A DNA stretch of 64,000 bases from NCBI GenBank assembly GCA_963776755.1, contig CAVZNW010000001.1, positions 68,866 through 132,865 of the forward strand, written 5' to 3'. The notes under the pieces are model-generated. The model worked only from the letters and a program-made list of their open reading frames with translations, had not been told where the DNA came from and searched no databases. Positions 1 through 9,648 of this stretch are shown here, piece after piece (positions within the stretch are counted from its first letter, which is position 1; every line of letters starts with the position of its first letter). The translations under genes were made by a program, and so were the position numbers. Origin of the DNA: an uncultured Acidobacteriota bacterium. Lineage in GTDB: Bacteria > Acidobacteriota > Thermoanaerobaculia > UBA5066 > Gp7-AA6.

Positions 1-2054
1 GCGGTGGAGGCCATTGGTCACCCGGCGGGCGCGAGACGAAGCACGCGCCGGCGATGCCCTCGGAGACGAGCCTGTAGACCCAGTCGGAGAAGAGGCCAGG
101 GCATGGAAGGTCGTTGAAATAGCCCGGAGGCGTGCACGGCGGCGGCGCGTATGGAGGGTCGTTCTTGGCCTTGAGGAGGAAGACGGCCATCTGATCGCGT
201 CGGACGGCGCTTTCCCGGCAAAAGCTCCCTCCGCCGCAGCCGGCGGTGATTCCGCTGCGGAGCATGTTCTCGACGTCGGCGTGGAACATGTCGTCCTGGG
301 GCACGTCCAGGAAATCGGCCATCCAGCCGGCCGGAAGCGAGGCGCGTGGCCACGGAGCGGGTGGATCGTCGGTCGCGGGCTGGTCACGGTAACGTCGTGG
401 AGCGTGCCCGGCGAGAGCGGCGGCATCGTCGCGCGGATGGTCGAGGAATCGATGACGACGACTCCTGCGGCCGGTACTCCGCCGATCGTCAGCAAGGCAT
501 CGGGTAGAAGCCGCTTCCCGAGACCGTCACGAGCGTTCCGCCGTCGGCGGCGCCGGACCAGGCGCAGACGCCCAGGATCTGAAGCGAAGACGGACTGCCC
601 GTCGTCACGGCCAGGCAGGCGGAGAACTCCGAGGATCGTTCCGCGGCTCGTCACGACGGAGCCCGGTCCGAGCGAGACGGGCAGCACGGCCGAAAAGCTC
701 GCGTTGCCGCCGGCGTCGGTGTTCACGGTCGTCGAGCCGATCGGGGTGGCACCCTCGCCGTAGCCCGAGTCGTCGCACGCGTCGTCGGTAAAGAACTCGA
801 TCGGGATTCCCACGACGTTCGGCAGGCCGTTCAGGGTCCCGAGGATCGTCGTGGATCCCCCGGAAGCAGCGGCGACGCTCAGAGGATCGGGTAGTTGTCG
901 CGGCCGTCGTCGACATTCGGGGTCACGCCGTCGTCGCCGAGGTCGATTCCCAGGCCCGCGTTGGAGTGGATGCGTTGGATCGGAATCGAGACCGGGAGGT
1001 CGGTGCACGCTGGTCGCGACACCGGCACCGAGGTTGTGGGCGATGACATTTCCTGTCGACGGCGTCGGGGCCGCCGATCCTGACGAGAGTCGTTGGGTCC
1101 AACGGCGCCGCTGCTCGTGATCAAGACGCCATGGCCTCCGTTGGGCATGGCCGCCGTGCCCTCGGCATTGGTCCCGATGACGTTGCCCTGGATCGTCACC
1201 GGGAGGCCGAAATCCCCACCCAGTGTGATCCGGATGCCATCGAGAGTTGCACCCGAGATGACGTTGCCGGGTGGCGTACCCGCCGGCATGGCCGGGCCTC
1301 CGACGAGGACCGTGTTTCCGTAGCCCTCGAATCCGAGGTCGATGTTGACCAGATTGGGCAACGCGACCGCGCCCGTCGCATCGACTCCAACGAAGTTGCC
1401 CTGAATGATCGCGCCGGCCACGTGCTCGATCCCCAGGCCGTCGTTGCCCGAGATGACGTTGCGCTGCGCAGGTAGAGAGCCGCCGATCGTGGGGCCGCCG
1501 ACGCCGCGAACGCCCACCGCATTGGCGCGGGTGCGGGCGGCCGTTCCCGTCGGGTCCGTGCCGATGAAACAGCCTTCCAGCCGAGAGCCGGCGCCTCCCA
1601 CGAAGACATTGCGCTGGAAGCGGTTGATGACGAGACCCCGTATCGTCGTGCCGTGCGACCGTGGCGACGACCCGTCGCCCAATCCGTCGCCCTCGCCCGC
1701 GAGTTCGCCGCTGATCTCGATCAGGAGAACGGCGTCGTCGCTCGTGAGCTGCGTGTTCGGGCTGGCGCCGGGCTGCGTGTAGCCGTCGATGGTCGTCCCT
1801 GCGGCCTCGATGCGCAGCGGACTGGTCGGCCGGATCGTGTGGACACCGGCACCCGGGATGTTGAAGGCGATCAGGTCGGTGCCAGCGTTGCTCTCGTTGG
1901 CGTCCAGGATCGCCTGACGCAGCGAGCCGGGGCCGGAGTCGTTGGTGTTGGTCACGGTGAACGTGGCGGCCGAGAGCGCCGCGCTCGATGCGAAAAGCAT
2001 GATCGCGGCCCGGACCCTGCGCCGCGCGTCGAGCATCCGAAGTACTCCAGCCAT
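1..2054 (-). pseudogene. P1: array paralog (signal peptide, GSLRQA N-cap, short parallel beta-helix, Ig-like, IPT, SLH-like repeats). The 3' end leaves the window and the frame is broken several times below 879.
   Basis: Track ORF 879..2150 holds [29 protein letters not shown]|[29 protein letters not shown] coils and ..[12 protein letters not shown], then TGA at 876-878. Ig-like (IEFFTDDACDDSGYGEG), IPT (GGTLVTVSGSGF; TIGGVPAAGVVVIDSSTIRATMPPLSPGTLHDVTVT) and SLH-like ([64 protein letters not shown]) pieces continue in different minus frames. Breaks lie near 877, 645, 500 and 370. Confidence 0.7.
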
Positions 2055-2202
2055 GGTCCCACCGTCCCTTCTTCGCGACGCACTGTGGCGCGCGGGGACG
2101 GCCCGAGTCCGGAGGCGGGGGTGAGATCTTCGTGAGATGACGAGGGCCACGCCGCGGCCAGGGGGCCGGGCGGGCGGCTCACGTCCCTCGCGGGCCGGCC
2201 GG

Positions 2203-4446
2203 CTACTGGAGCTTGAAGGTCTTGACCACGAACACGGCCATCTGGCCGCGGGTGTTCGAGTTGAGCGGGCAGTAGGTGTTCACGCCGCAGCCGCCGGTGA
2301 TGCCCTCGGCGGCGAGCTGCTCGATCCAGACGGCGAACGGGGAGGAGCAGGAGACGTCGGTGAACACGCCGGCGCAGGGCGGCGGCACGAAGCCGGAGCC
2401 GTGCTCGGCCTTCATCAAGAATACGGCCATCTGGTCCCGCCGGACCGGCTGGGTCGGGCAGTAGTTGGTTCCGCCGCAGCCGCCGGTGATGCCCTCGGCG
2501 GCGAGCCGTTCGATCCACGGCGAGAACGGATTGCTGCACGGGACGTCTGTGAAGATCCCGGCGCACGGCGGCGGCGTGAAGCAGACTCCGTGCTTGGCCT
2601 TCAGCAGGAAGACGGCCATCTGCTGGCGCAGCGTCGCCTGGTCCACGCCGTAGAGCCCGTTGCCGATGCCGGCCGCGACGGCATTCGAAACGAGCGTCGT
2701 CACGAAGGCGTGGAACTGGTGCGCGGCGGGCACGTCCAGGAAGTCCGACACCCAGCCGCTCACGAGCGTGCCGGGCGTCCCGTCCGGCGTCGTCACGACG
2801 ACGTCGTTGACGGTTCCCGCCGGGAGGGCCGGGGAAGTGAAGGCGAGGGAGACGTCCGACGGGACGGACACTCCCGTGGCGGCGGCGCCGCCGACCGTCA
2901 CGACGGCCGGCCCGGCGAGATCGGTGCCGGTCCCCGTCACGACGGTTCCGCCGGCGGCGGGCCCGGAGGACGGCGTGATGGAGAAGAGGATCCGCTGCGA
3001 AAACTCCGAGGTGTTGCGCAGTCCGGCCGTCGGCGTGGCAGTCGCCGAGACGCGGACGCCGGCGTCGGTCGAGGCGAGGGCGAAGTCGAACGTCGCGTTG
3101 CCCGAGCCGTTGGTCGTGACCTGCCTGGTGTCGAACCAGTCCTCGCCCTCGAGGAACTCCCGCGGGAACCGGGCGCACGGCGGGTTGGCGTAGAAGTCGA
3201 GATCGAACGTCGCATCGGGCGAGCTGCGGAACTTGCCCACGACGTGCGTGACGAACGACCCTTCCGCGACGCCGGTCTCGTGGGTGACGGACCGGATGAT
3301 CGGGAAGTTCTGGATGCCGTCGGACTCGTCGTCGTTCGGCGTGGGCACCCCGGAGCCGTCGTACGCGATCCCGAGGAGCGCGTTGTCGTGGATGGAGTTG
3401 CCGCGCACCCGCACGTTCTCGGCCGCCGTCGACAGCAGCGCCCCGTTGACCGTCGCATAGGCGATCGTGTTGCCCTCGCCGGGCGCGACGCCGCCGATCG
3501 CGACATTCGTCGAGGCGTTGAAGAAGTTGAAGTTCCCGCCGTTCGTCAGCGGCAGCGTGCCGGTGGCATCGGTCCCGATCCGGTTGCCGAGAATGGTGAT
3601 GTCCGTGGCCGGCGCCAGCGACACGTTGAACGCGCCGTCGTTGCCCGAGATGACGTTGCCGTCGCCGATGAAGGGGCCGCCGATGATGATGTTGTCGGCG
3701 CCGCTGAGCCGGATGCCGTCGTCCTGGTCCGCGACGGCCGCGGTGCCCTGGGCGTTCGTGCCGATGTAGTTGCCGAGGATGAGGACGTTGGAGGCGAACT
3801 CGACCGAGATGTTGCCGATCGCGTGGCCCGAGATGACGTTGCGGTCCTGGGCATCGGACCCGCCGATCGTGGTTAGGCCCCCTGCGGCCACCGGCTGGTC
3901 GTTTCGTCCCAGGGGTTCGAGGCCGAGGACGATGCCGTAGTCCTGATCGATGGTGGCCGAGTCCGAGCCGTCCGGAAGCAGCCCCAGGAAGTTGCCTGCG
4001 ATGAAGCTTCCGACGGCCCCCGAGGAGAGCGCGATCTGGTTGCCGAATCCGTGGATCACGAGCCCCCGGACGACCGACTGGGAATGCTCGATCTGCAGGC
4101 CCGTGGAGAGGCTGCCCGGTCCTCCATCGAGCTCGATCAGCAGCACTGCGTCGTTGCCGATGAGCTGCGTGTTCGCGTGCGAGCCGGGCTGCGTATAGCC
4201 GTCGATGGTCACGATGAACTCGAGAGGCGGCAGCGCCGTCGCCGGCGTGATGGTGTGCACGCCCGGCCCGGGGATGTTGAACGAGATGGTCGAGAAGTCG
4301 ATGTCGCCGTTGGCGTCGATGATCGCCTGGCGCAGCGATCCCGGGCCCGAGTCGTTCGTGTTGGTGACGGTGAAGGCCCCGGCGAGAGCGGGGGCGGCGG
4401 CGAAGGCGGCAAGGACGATCCCGGCAGCGATCCGGACGACTCGCAT
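2203..4446 (-). CDS. P2: secreted modular surface protein (signal peptide, GSLRQA/CSLREA-like N-cap, parallel beta-helix repeats, Ig-like + IPT/TIG, 3x SLH-like C-terminus)
   Basis: 747-aa in-frame segment of track ORF 2203..6270. AAGGAG lies 7 nt before ATG 4446. [23 protein letters not shown]|[23 protein letters not shown]; many GN.IGT..G coils; [15 protein letters not shown]; IPT-like [16 protein letters not shown]; three F.DVP...[16 protein letters not shown]...R.QMAVF repeats; ends VKTFKLQ-stop. The track ORF upstream of 4446 is an Arg/Pro-rich off-frame read of P3. Confidence 0.9.
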   Translation of the reverse strand: MRVVRIAAGIVLAAFAAAPALAGAFTVTNTNDSGPGSLRQAIIDANGDIDFSTISFNIPGPGVHTITPATALPPLEFIVTIDGYTQPGSHANTQLIGNDAVLLIELDGGPGSLSTGLQIEHSQSVVRGLVIHGFGNQIALSSGAVGSFIAGNFLGLLPDGSDSATIDQDYGIVLGLEPLGRNDQPVAAGGLTTIGGSDAQDRNVISGHAIGNISVEFASNVLILGNYIGTNAQGTAAVADQDDGIRLSGADNIIIGGPFIGDGNVISGNDGAFNVSLAPATDITILGNRIGTDATGTLPLTNGGNFNFFNASTNVAIGGVAPGEGNTIAYATVNGALLSTAAENVRVRGNSIHDNALLGIAYDGSGVPTPNDDESDGIQNFPIIRSVTHETGVAEGSFVTHVVGKFRSSPDATFDLDFYANPPCARFPREFLEGEDWFDTRQVTTNGSGNATFDFALASTDAGVRVSATATPTAGLRNTSEFSQRILFSITPSSGPAAGGTVVTGTGTDLAGPAVVTVGGAAATGVSVPSDVSLAFTSPALPAGTVNDVVVTTPDGTPGTLVSGWVSDFLDVPAAHQFHAFVTTLVSNAVAAGIGNGLYGVDQATLRQQMAVFLLKAKHGVCFTPPPCAGIFTDVPCSNPFSPWIERLAAEGITGGCGGTNYCPTQPVRRDQMAVFLMKAEHGSGFVPPPCAGVFTDVSCSSPFAVWIEQLAAEGITGGCGVNTYCPLNSNTRGQMAVFVVKTFKLQ

Positions 4447-4490
4447 GCGAACGCTCCTTCCTGCTCGCCGTGTGTGGCGGAGGTGCGCGA

Positions 4491-4500
4491 AGCCTATATT
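4491..4500 (-). promoter_or_regulatory. AT-rich -10-like element AATATAGGCT upstream of P2 (member of the ATAG..T motif set)
   Basis: This is the only AT-rich patch in the 110-nt P3-P2 spacer. TAGGCT fits TAnnnT and lies 44 nt before ATG 4446. Confidence 0.25.
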
Positions 4501-4556
4501 GGCGCGGGGCGGTCCCGAAAGGTCGAGGCGTTCGCACGAAGCCGGTTCGGGAACTC

Positions 4557-6979
4557 CTACTGGAGGCTGAACGTCTTCACGATGAACACGGCCATCTGGC
4601 CCCGCGTGTTGGGATTTCCCGGGCAGTAGTTGGTGCCGCCGCAGCCGCCCGTGATGCCTTCGGCGGCGAGCCGCTCGATCCAGTTCGCGAAAGGCGAGGG
4701 GCAGGCGACGTCGGTGAAGACGCCCGCGCAGCCGGGAGGCACGTACGCCGAGCCGTGCTCGGTCTTCAGCAGGAAGACGGCCATCTGGTCGCGGCGGACG
4801 GGGTTGGTGGGGCAGTAGTTGGTGCCCCCGCAGCCGCCGGTGATTCCCTGCGCGGACAGGGCCTCGATCCACGGGGCGAACGCGCTCGGGCACGGCACGT
4901 CGGTGAAGATGCCCGCGCACGGCGGCGGCACGTAGCAGATGCCGTACTTGGCCTTGAGCAGGAAGACGGCCATCTGCTGGCGCAGCGTGCTCGAGGCGAC
5001 GCCGTAGTTGCCGCCGCCCACGCCGGCCGTGATGCCGTTGGAGACGAGGGTCGTGACGAAGCCGTGGAACTGATGGTTGAGCGGAACGTCGTTGAAGTCG
5101 GTGACGTAGCCCTTGGACAGCGTTCCCGCGGACCCGTCCAGGTTGGTCAGCGTCACGTCGCTGAGCTGCCCCGCCTGCAGGGCCGGCGTCCGCCCTTCGA
5201 CCTGCGTCGAGCTCTGCACGAGGATGTCGGTCGCGGGGAGTCCTCCGACCGTGATCGTCGCTCCGGCCGCGAAGTTGGTGCCGCGGACCACGAAGAGCAG
5301 TCCGGCCGGGGGCGCTCCCGAAAGCGGGCTGATCGAGAACACGAGGCGAGGCGTGAGCTCCGACGTGTTTCCGTTCGGGTCCGTCGCCGTCGTGGTGACG
5401 CGCTGGCCCGCTTCGATCGTGTAGGCCAGCGTGACGTCGAACGCGGCGTGTCCCGCTCCGTCGGTCGAGAGGTCCGAGGAGCCGATGTAGACGAGGCCCT
5501 CCTCGAAATCGTGGGGGCGGCCCGCGCACGCCGGGTTGGCGAAGAAGTCGAGCGCATACGTCGTGGAGGGCTTGCTGTCGAGAGTTCCCGTGACCTCGGT
5601 GCCCGTGGGCGAAAGCGGCGCCGCCGAGGCCACGAGCGGATAGTTCTGCAGGCCGTTCGCTCCGGTGTCGGCGTCCAGGACGTCGTTGGCGGTCACGCTG
5701 TCGCTTCCGAGATCGATGCCGATCGTGCCGTTGGCGTAAATCGAGTTGCCCCGGATGGCGTTGCCGGCGATGGAGCCGAGCAGGACGATGCCGCCGACTC
5801 CGCTGTGCGCGACCACGTTGCCTTCTCCCGGCGCCGTGCCGCCGATGGTCGAGTTGCTTCCGAAGACGGCGATGCCGCGGTTCTGATTGCCGAGGGCGAA
5901 CGAGCCGGTGAGGTCGGTCCCGATGAGGTTGCCCTTGACGACGACGCCGGTGACGCCGCCGGAGATCGACATTCCGTCGATGGCGTTGGCGGAGATGACG
6001 TTGCCCGCCCCCGCGGCCGAGCCGCCGATCGTGCTGCCGCTGGCCTCGACCAGGATTCCGTAGTTGAGGTTGGGAAGCGGTCCCATCCCGGTGACATCCG
6101 TGCCGATGAAGTTCCCGCTCACGACGAGGCCCGACCCGTTGTTGAGCCGGATGCCGTAGCTCCCGTTGCCCGACACGACGTTGCGGCTGGCCGGGTTGGT
6201 GCCTCCGATCGTGATGTTCAGCTGGAGGAGTTGTCGATTTCGATTCCGCTCTGCGCCCCCCCGATGGCATTCCCGCCCGAGGCGTCCGTGCCGACGAGAT
6301 TGCCCTGGATCAGGTGCCCGGTGCCGCCGTTGCCGCCCGAACCGAAGTTGATGCCGTTCGTCCCGTTGCCGGAGATCAGGTTGCGCGCGGCCGGAGTCGT
6401 GCCGCCGACCGTGACGCTGGACGGCCCGTTGTTGGCCAGGATCCCGAAGTTGTTGTTTCCGTGGGCGACGGTGCCCGAGGGGTCGGTGCCGATGAAGTTG
6501 CCGTCGATCACCATCCCGGCGACGCCGGAGAGGCGGATCCCCGCGTAGTGGCCGCGATTGATGGCGAGGCCCCGGACGGCGCTGTTGCCGCTGCCGGGCC
6601 CGAAGAAGAGAACGGCGGCATCGCTGCCCAGTCCGGTGTTCGTTCCGTCGATCTCGATGAGGATCACCGCATTGGTCCCCTGGTCGGGCGCGTTGGAGTT
6701 CGCGCTCGCTCCCGACTGGGTGTACCCGTCGATGGTGACTCCGTCCGTGATCGTCGGAAGCGCGGCGGCCGGCACGATGGTCTGGACGCCCGATCCGACG
6801 ATCGCGAAGCCGATCGTGTCGGCGCCGAAGTTCCCGTTGGCATCGAGAATCGCCTGGCGCAGCGACCCGGCGCCGCTGTCGGCGGTCGTCGTCACCGTGA
6901 AGGTCGCGGCGAGGGCGGAGGACGCCGCGAGCAGGGCAAGAGCCGCAAAGAGGGACAGACCCCGGTGCGACGGGCGCAT
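4557..6979 (-). CDS. P3: array paralog, one frame break as assembled (~6225)
   Basis: N-part is track ORF 6218..6979 (MRPSHRGLSLFAALALLAASSALA|[24 protein letters not shown]). C-part is ORF 4557..6176 (beta-helix coils, ANDVLDADTGANGLQNYPL, IPT, 3 SLH-like repeats, ends VKTFSLQ-stop). The junction ..GIEIDNSSS-stop / [20 protein letters not shown] needs a 1-nt correction. Length 2423 nt is not a multiple of 3. Confidence 0.85.
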
Positions 6980-7022
6980 TGTGCCGACCTTTCTTTTTGG
7001 GGGAGAGAGGGGGGACGCTCGG

Positions 7023-7030
7023 AGTCTATC
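7023..7030 (-). promoter_or_regulatory. GATAGACT -10-like motif upstream of P3
   Basis: GGGATAGACTCC lies 43 nt before ATG 6979. It is followed by a leader ..AAAAAGAAAGGTCGGCACAATG that aligns with the P19 leader ..TTCAGAAAGGTCGGAAACAGATG. Confidence 0.3.
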
Positions 7031-7042
7031 CCGTCCGGTGGT

Positions 7043-7070
7043 GCCCTCTCCCCTGCGCAGGGGAGAGGGC
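7043..7070 (-). terminator. Perfect 13-bp GC-rich stem-loop just after the P4 stop. Possible terminator or RNA-stability element; no U-tract.
   Basis: GCCCTCTCCCCTG-CG-CAGGGGAGAGGGC is a perfect inverted repeat, 12 nt downstream of the P4 stop (7082). Confidence 0.4.
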
Positions 7071-7081
7071 GATAGATCGGC

Positions 7082-9288
7082 CTACTGGAGACCGAAGGTC
7101 TTGGTGATGAACACGGCCATCTGCCCCCGCGTGTTGGGGTTGCCCGGGCAGTAGTTGCCGCCGCCGCAGCCCCCGGTGATGTTCTCGGCCGAGAGCTGCT
7201 CGACCCAGTTGGCGAAGGCCGAGGGGCAGGGGACGTCGGGGAAGGCGCTCGCGCAGGCGGGAGGCAAGTAGCTCGAGCCGTGCTCGGCCTTCAGCAGGAA
7301 GACGGCCATCTGGTCGCGCCGCACCGGGCTCCCGGGGCAGTAGTTGCCGTTGCCGCAACCCCCGGTGATGCCCTCGGCGGCGAGGGCCTCGATCCAGTCG
7401 GCGAATGGGGAGGGGCAGGCGACGTCGCCGAAGGCTCCCGCGCAGGACGGGGGCGTGTAGCAGAGACCGTGGCGGGCCTTGAGCAGGAAGACCGCCATCT
7501 GTTGGCGCAGCGTCGGCTGGTCGACGCCGTAGTTGCCGCCACCCACGCCCGCGGTGATGCCGTTGGCGACGAGGGTCGTGACGAAGGAGTAGAACTGCTG
7601 GTTGCCGGGGACGTCGAGAAAGTCCGCCACCCAGCCGTTGACCAGCCTCCCTTCCGTCGCGTCGGGCGTCGAGACCCAGATGTCGTTGACCGTTCCGGGA
7701 TCGCGCGCGGGGGTCGTGGCACTGAGCTGGTGGTCGTTCACGAACGTGGTGGCGATTTGGACGCCTCCGATCTGCATGATCGTCGGGTCGGAGAAATCGG
7801 TGCCCGAGACGCTGATGCTCGTGCCTCCCGCGGCCGGGCCGGACCTGGGGCCCAGCATCGAGAAGATGATCCGCTGCGAGAATTCGGACGTGTTGCCGCT
7901 CGGGTCGGTGGCGGTCACCGAGAGGCGGGCGCCGAGCTCGACGTCGACCGTCAAGCTGGCGACGAAGCTGGCGTGCCCGCTGCCATCGGTCGTGACCGGC
8001 CAGGTTCCGATGTAGGTTGCGCCCTCGAGATACTCGCGCGGGAAGTTGGAGCAAACCGAGCTCGCATAGAAGTCGAGATCGAACGTCGTCGAGGGCGTGC
8101 TGTCGAGCTTCCCGCCGATGATCAGGGTGGGCCCGTAGCTCACCGACTGGATGATCGGAAAGTTCTGGAGACCGTTCGCGCCGTTGTCGGCGTCGGTGGA
8201 ATCGTTGAAGTTCGGCTGCCCGTCGCCGTTCAGGTCGATGCCGAGGCCGCCGTTGTCATGGATCGTGTTGCCCCGGATGACATTGCGTTGACCCGAGTTC
8301 GAAACGAGGACGCCGGCGCCCCCGTTGTAGGCGATCGTGTTGGCGGCGCCATCTGCGAGCCCGCCGATCGTGGCGTCGTTGGACTCGTGGATGTTGATCC
8401 CGCCGAGCGCATTGCCGAGCGGCGCCGTGCCGTCGGCGGTCGTGCCGATCCGATTGCCCTGGAAAACGACGGCCGCCTGCAGGAAGACGGCGTAGAGACT
8501 GTTGCCCGAGATCACGTTTCCGGCGCCCGGCGCGGTTCCGCCGACGGTCGCCGGGGCGTTGGAGTAGAGGCCGTCGGCATTGGGGAGGGCGTGCATGCCC
8601 GTGGCGTCCGTGCCGATGAGGTTGCCCTGGACGTGAGATCCCGCCGCCCCGCCGACGATCTGAATCGCTCCCGCGAAGATGCCGGCGGTGTTTCCCGACA
8701 CGAGATTCCGGTCGGCCGGCGCCGTTCCGCCGACGAGATCGCCGGGGGCGTTGATCTGGATCGCGACGTTGTTGGGGCTGGCGGCCATGCCGGTGGGATC
8801 GGTTCCGAAGAAGCATCCGCGGATGACGTTGCCGCCGCCGGCGCCGGGGTTGAACGTCTGTAAGCCCATGAGCCAGCGATTGACGACCAGGCCCTGGACC
8901 GTGCTGTTGCCCCCGGTGATGTTCAGCCCGAGCCCGTTGGTCACGAGGCTGCCGTCGAGCTCGATTCGAAGGACGGCGTTCGTCCCGACCGGGTCGGTGT
9001 TGACGCTCGATCCGGGCTGCGTGTATCCGTCGATCAGGACGGGGCCGGTCAGGAACGGCAGTGCCGTCGCCGGAGTGATCGTGTGGACGCCCGTGCCCGG
9101 GATGTCGAAGGCGATCGTGTCTGCGCCCGGATCGCGTTGGCGTCGAGGATCGCCTGGCGCAGCGACCCGGCGCCCGAGTCGTTCGTGTTGAGGACCGTGA
9201 AAGTCGCGGCGGAGAGAGGGCCCGCCGAAGAGAGAAGCCAAAGGATCGGAAGGAAGAGACGGACGAGAGACGGGATTCGAATCCTCAC
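7082..9288 (-). CDS. P4: array paralog, one frame break as assembled (~9132)
   Basis: GTG 9288 has AAGGAG 6 nt upstream: MRIRIPSLVRLFLPILWLLSSAGPLSA|[25 protein letters not shown]. The read then slips (..AAC GCG A-T CCG GGC.. is one base short of DANANPGADTIAFDIPG) into track ORF 7082..9241, which carries beta-helix coils, NDSTDADNGANGLQNFPII, IPT and 3 SLH-like repeats and ends ITKTFGLQ-stop. Confidence 0.85.
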
Positions 9289-9351
9289 GGCGAGCTCCTT
9301 TTGTTTCTGCCCCCGAAGGGGGGGCCCCGCGCCTGGAACGGAGAACGGGAG

Positions 9352-9648
9352 CTAGCGCCGGGGCGGGGCGCGAGAGGAGAGCGATTCGGACCGAGCCGGA
9401 TCGCGGAGGGCGTCAGCGCCGTGAGCGTAAACGCCGCCGACGTGCCCCGGCGGGGGCGCCTGCGGGCCCGGGACGGTCTCGAGGATCGCGTCCGCCGGCG
9501 CATGCGAGGTGGGCGCGGTGCCCGACTCGAGGCGGCTTTCGTCGTCCTCGAGGAGTGCGTCCCCGGTCGGACCGTACTCGAGCGGGAGGAGGACGAGGGA
9601 TATCAGGACGATCAGGATGACGGCGGGAACGGCCCAGGGCCTTTTCAT
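9352..9648 (-). CDS. Small (98 aa) N-terminally anchored membrane or secreted protein, acidic and Pro-rich tail, unknown function
   Basis: [43 protein letters not shown]... Its ATG overlaps the P5 stop (ATGA at 9645-9648). It ends at TAG 9352-9354, 63 nt before the P4 start. It is the tail of an off-frame track ORF (9352..10995). Confidence 0.55.
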   Translation of the reverse strand: MKRPWAVPAVILIVLISLVLLPLEYGPTGDALLEDDESRLESGTAPTSHAPADAILETVPGPQAPPPGHVGGVYAHGADALRDPARSESLSSRAPPRR

